Source of the DNA: Candidatus Nanohaloarchaea archaeon
Lineage (GTDB): Archaea; Nanohalarchaeota; Nanosalinia; Nanosalinales; Nanosalinaceae
NCBI GenBank assembly: GCA_042217585.1
Contig: JBDGSJ010000011.1
Location: forward strand, 14,228-38,227
Direction: 5' to 3'
DNA length: 24,000 nt
The first letter of the stretch is position 1. The number at the start of each line of letters is the position of its first letter. A model generated the notes under the pieces. It saw only the letters and a program-made list of their open reading frames with translations. It was not told where the DNA came from and did no database searches. Positions 1 through 7,126 of the stretch are shown in pieces. Made by a program: the position numbers and the translations under genes.

Positions 1-188
1 TTGAGCCCGGACCTGAGGCCGAACGTCTTGGATGCGTCGCCGGATTCGGTCCTGACCGGTTCCTTTCCTGTTATCTTTTCGAGCAGGGTGAATGCTTTCT
101 CGACTTCGTCTCCTACTTCTCCGACCCCTGCGTTGACCGTTATCTTGCCTATCTTGATCTGCTTCATCGGGTTCTCCGTCTCTGGCAT
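1..188 (-). CDS. rpl5: 50S ribosomal protein uL5 (L5), N-terminal part; gene continues past the left edge
   Basis: Absent from the ORF track because it has no stop in the window. Reverse-strand translation from ATG at 188 gives MPETENPMKQIKIGKITVNAGVGEVGDEVEKAFTLLEKITGKEPVRTESGDASKTFGLRSG. This matches the conserved uL5 N-terminus pattern (I.KV.VN.GVGE.G ... ITGQ.PV.T). It starts 1 nt after the S4e stop, the canonical cluster position. Confidence 0.8.
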   Translation of the reverse strand, partial: MPETENPMKQIKIGKITVNAGVGEVGDEVEKAFTLLEKITGKEPVRTESGDASKTFGLRSGL

Positions 189-189
189 T

Positions 190-843
190 TTACTCTACCT
201 CCAGTCCGTTGACTGCTACAAGGTTTTCCAGCTGTGTGTCGAACTGCTGGTCCTCTTCCTTCAGGGTCGCCGTGTCAGGGTTGACCCCTCTTCCCGTGAC
301 TTCCTCTACTTCTCCGGTCTCTCCGGCGTGCTTTCCTCCTATAACGAGGACCTGTGATCCTTCCTCGAGTTCGAGTTCCTCGACCTCATCACCGAATACC
401 AGGGTGTTGCCCGTGCCGTGGTCGGCCTCGGAGCGGTAGTTCTCGCCGTTGTGGAGCCTGTAGACGTATTCGTCTCCCCTGTCTTCCTTGTCCTTGATCT
501 TCGCTATCTTCCTTTCGTAATCCGTGGATACGAACCTCAGGCTGTCCTCCTGTATGAGGACCCTGTAGGTCTCCTCTGCGTCCTCCAGCGTGACCGCATC
601 AAGGACTCCGATTCCGTCCTGGATGTCCCTGACCGGTTCGCCGTTCCTCAGGAGTTTACCGTCCCTGATGATCTCCTTGGCCTCCTTCTCGGTGTCCGCA
701 TACTCTGTGATTTCACGGAGGAACAGGACCGCCGGGATGGCTTCCTCCCTGCTCCTTGAGCCTTTTATGGTCGAGACGTATGCTTTCTTCTTGCCCTTCA
801 GCGGGTAGTGCTTTGGAGCTGAAAGTCTTTTCTGGTGGGTCAT
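190..843 (-). CDS. rps4e: 30S ribosomal protein S4e (eS4)
   Basis: ORF 190..873. MTHQKRLSAPKHYPLKGKKKAYV is the typical S4e N-terminus. A KOW-like segment (VLVIGGKHAGETGEVEEV) lies near the C-terminus. I prefer ATG at 843, preceded by GGAGG about 12 nt upstream, over the ORF-track start at 873, which would overlap uL24. Confidence 0.9.
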   Translation of the reverse strand: MTHQKRLSAPKHYPLKGKKKAYVSTIKGSRSREEAIPAVLFLREITEYADTEKEAKEIIRDGKLLRNGEPVRDIQDGIGVLDAVTLEDAEETYRVLIQEDSLRFVSTDYERKIAKIKDKEDRGDEYVYRLHNGENYRSEADHGTGNTLVFGDEVEELELEEGSQVLVIGGKHAGETGEVEEVTGRGVNPDTATLKEEDQQFDTQLENLVAVNGLEVE

Positions 844-847
844 CGTA

Positions 848-1582
848 TCACTTTTCCTCCTCTTCTTGTTCATTTTCGCCGGAGTTTCCGGATTCGAGCT
901 CTTCCTCTATCTCCTCGAGTTCTTCCATCGCTTCCTCGACTTCTTCCTCGACTTCCTCGACGTCTTCCTCTACTTCTTCCTCTACTTCTTCGAGGTCTTG
1001 CTCTTCTTCATCCTCTCCTGACTCTTCCTTGACTTCTTCTTCAGTTTCTTCCATCTCTTCTACTTCTTCCTCGAGTTCTTCCTCGTCGATCTCGTCCATG
1101 TCGACGTCCTGCTGTTTCTGCATCTGCTTCATCATCTCGTTCTCTTCATCCTCCTCGAGGACCTCTTCGACTTCCTCCTTCTCGACCTCGATGTCGGCGG
1201 TCTCTTCTACGCCGTACTTCTCGATACGGTCCGAGTCCTCAAGGTTGAGGGCGTGGATCTGAAGGTTGGAAGGTCTGAGAGCTTTTTCCCTCATCGTTCC
1301 GTCGTTCTTCTCCACCTCTATGCCGTCGACGTATACCTTCTGCTCGTCCCTGTCGATCTCGCTTATTATACCTCTCTTTCCTTTTTCGTCGCCTCTCATC
1401 ACCTCGACCCGGTCCCCCACGTTGAGGTTCAGGGACCGCGTCCCGAGTTCCTCACGTAGTTCGGGGGCGAGGTTTGCGGATACGAGCTTGTCCTTGATGT
1501 GCTGTGGTGCGTTCTCCCTGTAGTTCCTCTGCTTGGTCGGGTTCGTGCTTGAGTTCCACTGGCTGCTCCACTTCGATGTCAT
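848..1582 (-). CDS. rpl24: 50S ribosomal protein uL24 (L24) with a ~120-aa poly-acidic C-terminal extension
   Basis: The N-terminal ~120 aa contain the KOW motif region (GDRVEVMRGDEKGKRGIISEIDRDEQKVYVDGIEV). The gene sits between uL14 and S4e as in all archaea. Residues ~125-244 are low-complexity Glu/Asp-rich sequence. Confidence 0.9.
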   Translation of the reverse strand: MTSKWSSQWNSSTNPTKQRNYRENAPQHIKDKLVSANLAPELREELGTRSLNLNVGDRVEVMRGDEKGKRGIISEIDRDEQKVYVDGIEVEKNDGTMREKALRPSNLQIHALNLEDSDRIEKYGVEETADIEVEKEEVEEVLEEDEENEMMKQMQKQQDVDMDEIDEEELEEEVEEMEETEEEVKEESGEDEEEQDLEEVEEEVEEDVEEVEEEVEEAMEELEEIEEELESGNSGENEQEEEEK

Positions 1583-1585
1583 TTC

Positions 1586-1984
1586 TTAGACCACCTTCGA
1601 CGCTATCTTTCCGATCGGGCTGTAACGCTGGACCACTTCCTTTGCTATCGGTCCGCGTGTCACCGATCCCTTTGGTAGCATGTTTTCCTCGACGAGGACG
1701 GCTGCGTTGTCCTCGAACCTTACTCTTCTTCCTGTCGGTCTCTGGTACTCCTTTCTCTGCCTGACGATCACGGCGTCGAAGACCTGGTGCTTGACCTCCT
1801 GGTCTCCCTTCAGGACCTTCACCTTGACGACGTCTCCGACTCCGGCGGAGTTCCTCCTGCTTCTTCTTCCTTTCCTTGCCTTGACTCCGATTATCTCCAG
1901 CTTCTTTGCGCCGGAGTTGTCGGCGCATTCGAGCGTGGCGCCGATGTCCAGGCTTCTCGTTATGTTTGCTCCGAGAGGCTTCAT
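1586..1984 (-). CDS. rpl14: 50S ribosomal protein uL14 (L14)
   Basis: 132 aa, with LECADNSGAKKLEIIGV and RFEDNAAVLV as hallmark uL14 segments. Cluster position is canonical. Confidence 0.95.
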   Translation of the reverse strand: MKPLGANITRSLDIGATLECADNSGAKKLEIIGVKARKGRRSRRNSAGVGDVVKVKVLKGDQEVKHQVFDAVIVRQRKEYQRPTGRRVRFEDNAAVLVEENMLPKGSVTRGPIAKEVVQRYSPIGKIASKVV

Positions 1985-1985
1985 C

Positions 1986-2318
1986 TTACTCTTCCTCCTC
2001 TTCTGCGTCTTCCTCTTCCTCCAGTTTTTCGATTATGACGTGTGACTTGGTCTTGGAGATGGGTCTGGTCTCCGCGACCCTGACCCTGTCGCCCTCCTCT
2101 ATCTCTGCTCCTTCCGGGACGTGGACCGTTATCTTGGTGTTTCTTCTCTCCTTTCTCTCGTACTTGGGGATCTCCTCGGCGTACTCCCACCTGACGGTGG
2201 CTGATTTCTCCATCTTGTTGGAGATAACTCTGCCGGTGAACCTTGTTCCCCTTGTCGGGTATTCAGTTTCGATCTTCTCTGCGGTCAATCTTTTCACCTC
2301 TGATTCGGCTTGCAACAA
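1986..2318 (-). CDS. rps17: 30S ribosomal protein uS17 (S17) with a short acidic tail
   Basis: GRVISNKMEKSATVRWEY...KYERKERRNTKITVHVP is the uS17 OB-fold core. The ORF-track start at 2318 is TTG. In-frame GTG (2300) or TTG (2291, preceded by GAGGTG) are plausible true starts given the TATA element at 2334-2343. The C-terminus is EKLEEEEDAEEEEE. Confidence 0.9.
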   Translation of the reverse strand: MLQAESEVKRLTAEKIETEYPTRGTRFTGRVISNKMEKSATVRWEYAEEIPKYERKERRNTKITVHVPEGAEIEEGDRVRVAETRPISKTKSHVIIEKLEEEEDAEEEEE

Positions 2319-2333
2319 CTGGAGGGGCTACAA

Positions 2334-2343
2334 TTTTTTTATA
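2334..2343 (-). promoter_or_regulatory. Putative internal TATA box ahead of uS17
   Basis: The reverse strand reads CCCGTATAAAAAAATTGTAG. The A/T octamer lies ~20-45 nt upstream of the candidate uS17 starts, at the end of an otherwise unexplained 186-nt gap in the cluster. Confidence 0.4.
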
Positions 2344-2504
2344 CGGGGATACTTCAGAATGGTCCTTCAGATACTGCGATTTTTCCTTGGACCACTCGAA
2401 GTATCGGACCGTTGAGTCACTGTCGGCTGATCGGTTTCCGACTTCCAGTGGCAGCCCATCCAGGCTGTAGAAACGAAAGTGGAGACAAATCTTAAAAGGG
2501 TACT

Positions 2505-2789
2505 TTAACCGAGGGTCTCCCACTTGCCCGGCTGGCTCATCTTGACACGTTCCTCGGGCCTCTTCGCTATAAGTCTTCCGTCGATTATCACTTTCTGCCC
2601 GTCGGGCAGTGTGAACCTGAAGCGGCAGTTCTTCTTCTCGACCTCGCGGTCCCCTATCCTCAGCATCGACCGGGTCTCGTCCATGACCTCGCCCGAGATA
2701 CCTGTCTTTCCCTCATCGGTCGAGTCCACGACCTCTGCCTGGAGGCCGATCAGTTCGTGCTTCGGCAGGTTCTCGGGTGTGATAGCCAT
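2505..2789 (-). CDS. rnp1: RNase P protein component 1 (Rpp29/Pop4 homolog)
   Basis: 94 aa. HELIGLQAEVVDSTDEGKTGISGEVMDETRSMLRI...IDGRLIAKRPEERVK matches the archaeal Rnp1 Sm-like barrel pattern. It lies in the conserved slot between uL29/SUI1 and uS17. Confidence 0.85.
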   Translation of the reverse strand: MAITPENLPKHELIGLQAEVVDSTDEGKTGISGEVMDETRSMLRIGDREVEKKNCRFRFTLPDGQKVIIDGRLIAKRPEERVKMSQPGKWETLG

Positions 2790-2836
2790 GTAAGAGAATC
2801 CGGATGGAAGAGTGAAAAATGTGTGTGGACCGTTTC

Positions 2837-3145
2837 TCAGGCCTTGACCTCTATGTTGGAGGGGTCGAACCCTTCCTCCTCAAGGACGTCCTTGATGCGC
2901 CGGGTGTGGTCTCCCTGGAGCTCTATCTGGCCGTTCTTCGCGGTCCCGCCGCAGGCCAGCTTGGACTTCAGCGTGGATGCGAGGTCGCCGAGGTCCTGGT
3001 CGTCGTCCAGTCCCTGGATGACCGTCATCTCCTTGCTGTAGCTCCTTGAATCGATTTTAACCGTTATCTTCTGCTCCTCCCTTGTGATGGAGTCACAGAC
3101 GCACAGGTCCTCGGGCATCCCGCATTTCGGACAGGTCTCCGCCAT
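2837..3145 (-). CDS. sui1: Translation initiation factor SUI1 / aIF1
   Basis: 102 aa. It has an N-terminal zinc knuckle (CPKCGMPEDLCVC) followed by the SUI1 core (ITVKIDSRSYSKEMTVIQGL...LKSKLACGGTAKNGQIELQGDH). GAGGTG lies 8 nt upstream of the ATG. Confidence 0.9.
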   Translation of the reverse strand: MAETCPKCGMPEDLCVCDSITREEQKITVKIDSRSYSKEMTVIQGLDDDQDLGDLASTLKSKLACGGTAKNGQIELQGDHTRRIKDVLEEEGFDPSNIEVKA

Positions 3146-3204
3146 CAGAGAACACCTCGGCGGCCTTCTGCGTGCCCGGAGATTCGGATTTCGTTCATTA
3201 GTAT

Positions 3205-3405
3205 CTATTCAGAACGTTCGTTGAGAACAGTTTTGATCCTGGCGATGGTTTTCTTCATCTCTCCTATCCGGCCGGGGTTTTCGGCGAAGCCTCCGACCTC
3301 GACCTGTCCCTTCTCCTGAAGGAGTTCCTTCCTCAGGTCGTTCATCTTCTCCCTGAGTTCGGAGTCGCTCTTCTCCCTGAGTTCGGATGTCCTTAGTATT
3401 GCCAC
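3205..3405 (-). CDS. rpl29: 50S ribosomal protein uL29 (L29)
   Basis: 66 aa. MAILRTSELREKSDSELREKMNDLRKELLQEKGQ is the typical uL29 helical hairpin. It lies directly downstream of uS3. Confidence 0.9.
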   Translation of the reverse strand: MAILRTSELREKSDSELREKMNDLRKELLQEKGQVEVGGFAENPGRIGEMKKTIARIKTVLNERSE

Positions 3406-3429
3406 TGTTGATCACTTACTCCTGCGGGT

Positions 3430-4554
3430 TTAACTTTCTTGCTGTCTTTCAAGCCATTCGATGAAGGTTTTCCTGTTCTTCCCGGCCTCCTCCGCCTGGA
3501 GGATAGCACCGTAATCCGGGTCGTCCATCTCCTGGATCTGGTCCTTCGCCTCGGCGATAGTGCCCGAGACCAGGGTTTCGTGGTCCTCCGAAGCTCCGGA
3601 ACCTTCTTCCTCTGTCTCTTCCCCGGAGTCCCGGGATCCCTTCTCTTCTTCTATCTCTTCCTCGATCTCCTCGATCTCTTCTTCGACTTCCTCGAGGTCC
3701 TCCTCGGCTTCCTCGACCTCTTCCTTCAGTTCTTCCTCGGTCTCTTCCTCTACATCGGACTCGAGTTCGTCCTCGTCAAGTTCCTCGAACGCGTCCCTGA
3801 CCTCCTGCTTCGATATGTCGGAGGTCTCGACGTGCTCGCCGGTCTCCTCGATCGCTCTCTCGAGTTCCGTCGAGGTCATGCTGTCGGCTTCCTTTATCAC
3901 TCTCTCTATCCTGTCGGTCTTCTCCTCGGCTTCCTCGCCGGTAACCATCTCGTGGAGTATCTCGTCTTCCACGTCCACATCACGGTGCTTGAACTCCGGC
4001 ATCTCCTTCATTATCCTTACCTTTACGCCGATCGCGCCGGGCTTGGTCCTTGCGAGTTCGTAGGCGGATTCGACGTTGTCCTTCGAGGTGTTGCCGCATC
4101 TCTTGACGTATCCGAAGGAGAACTTCTCGGTCCTCCCCCTGTTTCCTGAGAGCTTTCCGGCGATCTCAAGCTCTGCACCGATCACTCCGGCCTCTCTCAT
4201 CCTTCTCAGGTAGGTGTAACCGACCCTCTTCGCGTGGCCTCCCTTCTCGAGCCAGGAGGCGATGCTCTTCGCGACGATCTCTGCGTCCGCGTCCGGGTCC
4301 TCTATCTCGTTTACCTCGATCTGAGGGTTGTCGAAGTCGAACTCGTCCTCGAGGTCCGAGGTGAGTTCCTTGATGCGGGACCCGCCGCGTCCGATGACGA
4401 GGCCGGGCCTCTGCGCGTATATAACTATCTTTGTCGATGTGGGTGTGCGGACGAGGTCGGAGTGCGAGTATCCTGCTCCTTCAAGCTCTCTCTCGAGGAA
4501 CTCGTCCAGTCTTACCTTCCTGATACCTTTCTGGATGAACTTCTTCTCCTTCAT
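3430..4554 (-). CDS. rps3: 30S ribosomal protein uS3 (S3) with a ~180-aa acidic C-terminal extension
   Basis: The N-terminal ~190 aa hold the KH domain (PGLVIGRGGSRIKELT) and the uS3 C-domain (AELEIAGKLSGNRGRTEKFSFGYVKRCG). The remainder is a Glu-rich linker ending in a non-repetitive ~45-aa segment. Confidence 0.95.
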   Translation of the reverse strand: MKEKKFIQKGIRKVRLDEFLERELEGAGYSHSDLVRTPTSTKIVIYAQRPGLVIGRGGSRIKELTSDLEDEFDFDNPQIEVNEIEDPDADAEIVAKSIASWLEKGGHAKRVGYTYLRRMREAGVIGAELEIAGKLSGNRGRTEKFSFGYVKRCGNTSKDNVESAYELARTKPGAIGVKVRIMKEMPEFKHRDVDVEDEILHEMVTGEEAEEKTDRIERVIKEADSMTSTELERAIEETGEHVETSDISKQEVRDAFEELDEDELESDVEEETEEELKEEVEEAEEDLEEVEEEIEEIEEEIEEEKGSRDSGEETEEEGSGASEDHETLVSGTIAEAKDQIQEMDDPDYGAILQAEEAGKNRKTFIEWLERQQES

Positions 4555-4555
4555 G

Positions 4556-4972
4556 TTATCTTTCTCCTACTACAATTTTGACGTGAGCTGCTTTTGTGGT
4601 CTCCCCGCGGAACCTTCCGGGGGTCTGCATCTCCTGACCCTTGTTCGTTATGAACTTCTGGACCTCGAGCGATCCCGGGTTGAGGCCCTCGTGCTCCGCG
4701 TTGGATTCCGCGGCTTCCAGGACCTCGAGGACATGCTTCGCGGCCTTGACAGGATATCTTCCTGATCCCTGGCCGGAACGGTGTCCGACATCGGAGTCGA
4801 ACTTCGTGTAGGGAACTGCGAGTTCTTCCTCGGTCACCATCTCCAGCTTTCTCTTCGCCTTTTCGACGGTGTCTCCCTTGACGAACCTGCCGATCTCGGT
4901 GCAGTCCTTCCAGGAGACCGGCATGTTGTCGCCGACCGCCTTCGCCTGGTGTGGTTCTGTCTCGACTGGCAT
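4556..4972 (-). CDS. rpl22: 50S ribosomal protein uL22 (L22)
   Basis: Contains VSWKDCTEIGRFVKGDTVEKAKRKLE and VPYTKF...GHRSGQGSGRYPVKAAKHVLEVLEAAESNAE, both uL22 hallmarks. I prefer ATG at 4972. The ORF-track start at 4981 is GTG and overlaps the uS19 stop. Confidence 0.9.
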   Translation of the reverse strand: MPVETEPHQAKAVGDNMPVSWKDCTEIGRFVKGDTVEKAKRKLEMVTEEELAVPYTKFDSDVGHRSGQGSGRYPVKAAKHVLEVLEAAESNAEHEGLNPGSLEVQKFITNKGQEMQTPGRFRGETTKAAHVKIVVGER

Positions 4973-4977
4973 CCGGA

Positions 4978-5355
4978 TCACTTGAGCGGGATGTGCTTGG
5001 ACGAACGTGTCGCTCCGAGTCCCGGAGCGCTGTGTTCGACCTTCTTCCTGGTTTTTGCGAGCTCTCCGAGGTAGTGTCCGAGCATCTCGGGCTCGATCTC
5101 CACATCGATGAATCCCTGTCCGTTGTAGACCTCGATGGTCTTGCCGACCATCTTCGGGACCACTATCATGTTTCTCTCGTGGGTGCTTACAGTATCCTTT
5201 TCCTCGAGGTCGTCGAGGATCTTCTGCTCCTGTTCGCTGAGACCTCTCTGTATCTTTCTGCGGCCTCTTGCGTCAAGCAGTTCCGAGAACTCCTCCAGGC
5301 TCATGTCCCGGAGTTCTTCCATCGTCTTTCCTCTGTAGGTGAATTCTTCGCTCAT
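4978..5355 (-). CDS. rps19: 30S ribosomal protein uS19 (S19)
   Basis: FTYRGKTMEELRDMSLEEFSELL...VVPKMVGKTIEVYNGQGFIDVEIEPEMLGHYLGELAKTRK is classic uS19. I prefer ATG at 5355; the ORF-track start at 5364 is GTG. Confidence 0.95.
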   Translation of the reverse strand: MSEEFTYRGKTMEELRDMSLEEFSELLDARGRRKIQRGLSEQEQKILDDLEEKDTVSTHERNMIVVPKMVGKTIEVYNGQGFIDVEIEPEMLGHYLGELAKTRKKVEHSAPGLGATRSSKHIPLK

Positions 5356-5367
5356 CAGTATCACGTT

Positions 5368-6069
5368 CTAGTCTTTCTTCTTCCCGCTTCTCTTCGCGCC
5401 GATGTTTCCTACCTTCCTGCCTGATGCGGCGTGCTTCGAAACGGTCTTCGGCTTTCCTGGTTTTGCGGATCCACCGAACGGGTGGTCCACGGCGTTCATC
5501 GCGACCGCGGAGACCTTCGGGTAGGACTTTCCGCGTGCCTTCATCGCCTTGTGCTTGTTTCCGGCCTTGACGAACGGTTTCTCCTTCCTTCCGCCGCCAG
5601 CGACCTTTCCGACTGTCGCCCGGCAGTCCTTGCCAAGAGTCTTGAACTTTCCGCTGGGAAGCTGTAGCCTGACGCCGTCCTTCTGGTGGGTGACGACGAA
5701 GGCGTAGGTCCCGGAGCTCCTGACGAGCTTTCCGCCGTCTCCGGGCTGGAGCTCGATGTTGTGGACCGGGACTCCCTCGGGGACCTCCCCGAGAGGCAGC
5801 GTGTTCCCTTCCTCTATCTCGGCGGAGACTCCGACCTCGATGGTGTCTCCTGTGGATAGGTTCTCCGGTGCGAGGATGTTCCTCGTCTCTCCGTCCTCGA
5901 ACTCGACGACCGCTACCGGTGCGGTCCTGGAGGGATCGTGGACTATGTCCACTACCTCTCCCTCGAGCTCTGCGTTCCTGTGTTCTACGTCGCCCCTCCC
6001 CTTGTGGGAGTTGGATGTGTACTTGGGCGATCCTTTTCCTCTTCTCTGCTGTTTGATCGGGCTTCCCAT
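5368..6069 (-). CDS. rpl2: 50S ribosomal protein uL2 (L2)
   Basis: 233 aa. Contains IHNIELQPGDGGKLVRSSGTYAFVV and MNAVDHPFGGS, the uL2 signature regions. Confidence 0.95.
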   Translation of the reverse strand: MGSPIKQQRRGKGSPKYTSNSHKGRGDVEHRNAELEGEVVDIVHDPSRTAPVAVVEFEDGETRNILAPENLSTGDTIEVGVSAEIEEGNTLPLGEVPEGVPVHNIELQPGDGGKLVRSSGTYAFVVTHQKDGVRLQLPSGKFKTLGKDCRATVGKVAGGGRKEKPFVKAGNKHKAMKARGKSYPKVSAVAMNAVDHPFGGSAKPGKPKTVSKHAASGRKVGNIGAKRSGKKKD

Positions 6070-6085
6070 AGTTGTAGTACCTCGT

Positions 6086-6367
6086 CTACATCATGCCGAG
6101 CTCGGTCGCGACGTCCATCGCGCTGTCCGAGTCGCTCAGTTTTATGTACGCTTTTTTCTCTGCCTGTGGAGTGATGGAGGTGTTCACTTTTTTAACGGTC
6201 ACATCGAACAGCTCCTCGACCGCGTCGCTCACCTGGTTCTTGTTCGCGTCAAGGTCCACTATCATCACTAGCTTGTTCTGCATGTCGACCTTGTCCATCG
6301 CCTTCTCCGTCATGTGAGGGTGCTGGAGCACGTCCCACGCCTTGTCCTCGTTCATTTCTTCAGTCAC
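6086..6367 (-). CDS. rpl23: 50S ribosomal protein uL23 (L23)
   Basis: 93 aa. VLQHPHMTEKAMDKVDMQNKLVMIVDLDANKNQVSDAVEELFDVTVKKVNT matches uL23. The GTG start overlaps the uL4 stop (GTGA). Confidence 0.9.
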   Translation of the reverse strand: MTEEMNEDKAWDVLQHPHMTEKAMDKVDMQNKLVMIVDLDANKNQVSDAVEELFDVTVKKVNTSITPQAEKKAYIKLSDSDSAMDVATELGMM

Positions 6368-7119
6368 CTCTGGTAGAGTCCTTCTTCCTCAAGTTTTTCC
6401 AGTGCTTTTTCGGACCAGACCGTCAGCCTTCCAGGCTGTGCGCCGGGCGCCAGCTTCTCCGCGTTGAGCTGGTCGACCAGCGATACCTCGACTCCCGGCA
6501 GGTTGTTCGCCGCGTCGAAGACTCCTTCGTCCTCGGCGACAACGACGAGAGGTCCGACCTTTCTCCTGTACTTCCGTCCGCGGTTCGCTCCCTTGCCGGA
6601 CCTGATCTTCTTCTCGCTGACTCTCTCGAGTTCGTCTTCAAGTCCGAGGTCCTCGAGTTCTTCCTTCAGTTCTGCGGTCTTCTCGACGGATTCGAGGTCC
6701 GCCTTCAGCGGGAGGTCGCCGTCGTAGTCGTGTTTCTCGCTGACGAGCTCTTCATCGTTCGTCGCCGCGATGGCTGACCTGATGGCTTTTCTTCTCTCCT
6801 TGTCGTTTATCTCTTCCTCGTAGTCCTTCTCGGGCTTCGGCGGATGTGCCGTCCTTCCGCCCTTGGTGTTCGGTGCCTCTGCACCTTCTCCGAACAGCTG
6901 CATGCCGCGTCCCATCCTGATCTTTCTCGGGGTGCGGGCGCGTCCCTTGCCCTTGGCGCTCCTGTAGGTCCTTCTTCTCTTCCTCCATCGGACCACGTGC
7001 TTCAGTCCTGCGTCTTCCTCTGCGCCGTAGGACTGCCTGTTCTTTGACTGGATTGAGAGGACCGCTCTCTTCACGATGTCGGGCCTCACTCTCTCGTTGA
7101 ACTGGTCTGGTAGTGCCAT
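6364..7119 (-). CDS. rpl4: 50S ribosomal protein uL4 (L4)
   Basis: 251 aa. It has the RPDIVKRAVLSIQS...RKIRMGRGMQLFGEGAEAPNTKGGRTAHPPK loop region and a RSGKGANRGRKYRRKVGPLVV segment. GAGGTGA lies just upstream of the ATG. The N-terminus looks ~15 aa shorter than I expect for archaeal uL4. Confidence 0.9.
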   Translation of the reverse strand: MALPDQFNERVRPDIVKRAVLSIQSKNRQSYGAEEDAGLKHVVRWRKRRRTYRSAKGKGRARTPRKIRMGRGMQLFGEGAEAPNTKGGRTAHPPKPEKDYEEEINDKERRKAIRSAIAATNDEELVSEKHDYDGDLPLKADLESVEKTAELKEELEDLGLEDELERVSEKKIRSGKGANRGRKYRRKVGPLVVVAEDEGVFDAANNLPGVEVSLVDQLNAEKLAPGAQPGRLTVWSEKALEKLEEEGLYQR

Positions 7120-7126
7120 CTTTCAT

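Noticed and set aside
1-357. A 118-aa plus-strand ORF at the left edge.
   Set aside because: It is antisense to the uL5 N-terminus and the S4e C-terminus, both of which have clear homology. Its hydrophobic/Ser-rich composition is atypical for this genome.
880-1200. Repetitive GAA/GAG/GTC-rich DNA here, and again at ~3600-3800, superficially resembles tandem repeats or an array.
   Set aside because: There is no fixed repeat unit and no repeat-spacer periodicity. The tracts are in-frame parts of the uL24 and uS3 coding sequences that encode poly-acidic tails, so they are not CRISPR or satellite repeats.
756-1262. A 168-aa plus-strand ORF made almost entirely of Ser. Similar Ser/Arg/Pro-rich ORFs occur at 1452-1928(-), 3560-4063(+), 4551-5105(-), 6752-7126(-), 7570-7881(-) and 8510-8983(-).
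   Set aside because: These are alternative-frame or antisense shadows of GAR-rich (Glu/Asp-coding) sequence inside well-supported ribosomal-protein and rtcB genes. Their composition is the mirror image of the acidic proteome, and each is fully nested in a recognisable gene.
2263-2523. An 86-aa minus-strand ORF bridging the Rpp29-uS17 gap. It could have explained the 186-nt gap as a missing gene.
   Set aside because: It starts inside Rpp29 and ends inside uS17 in other frames, contains the putative uS17 TATA box, and has basic, aromatic-rich composition unlike the other proteins in the window.
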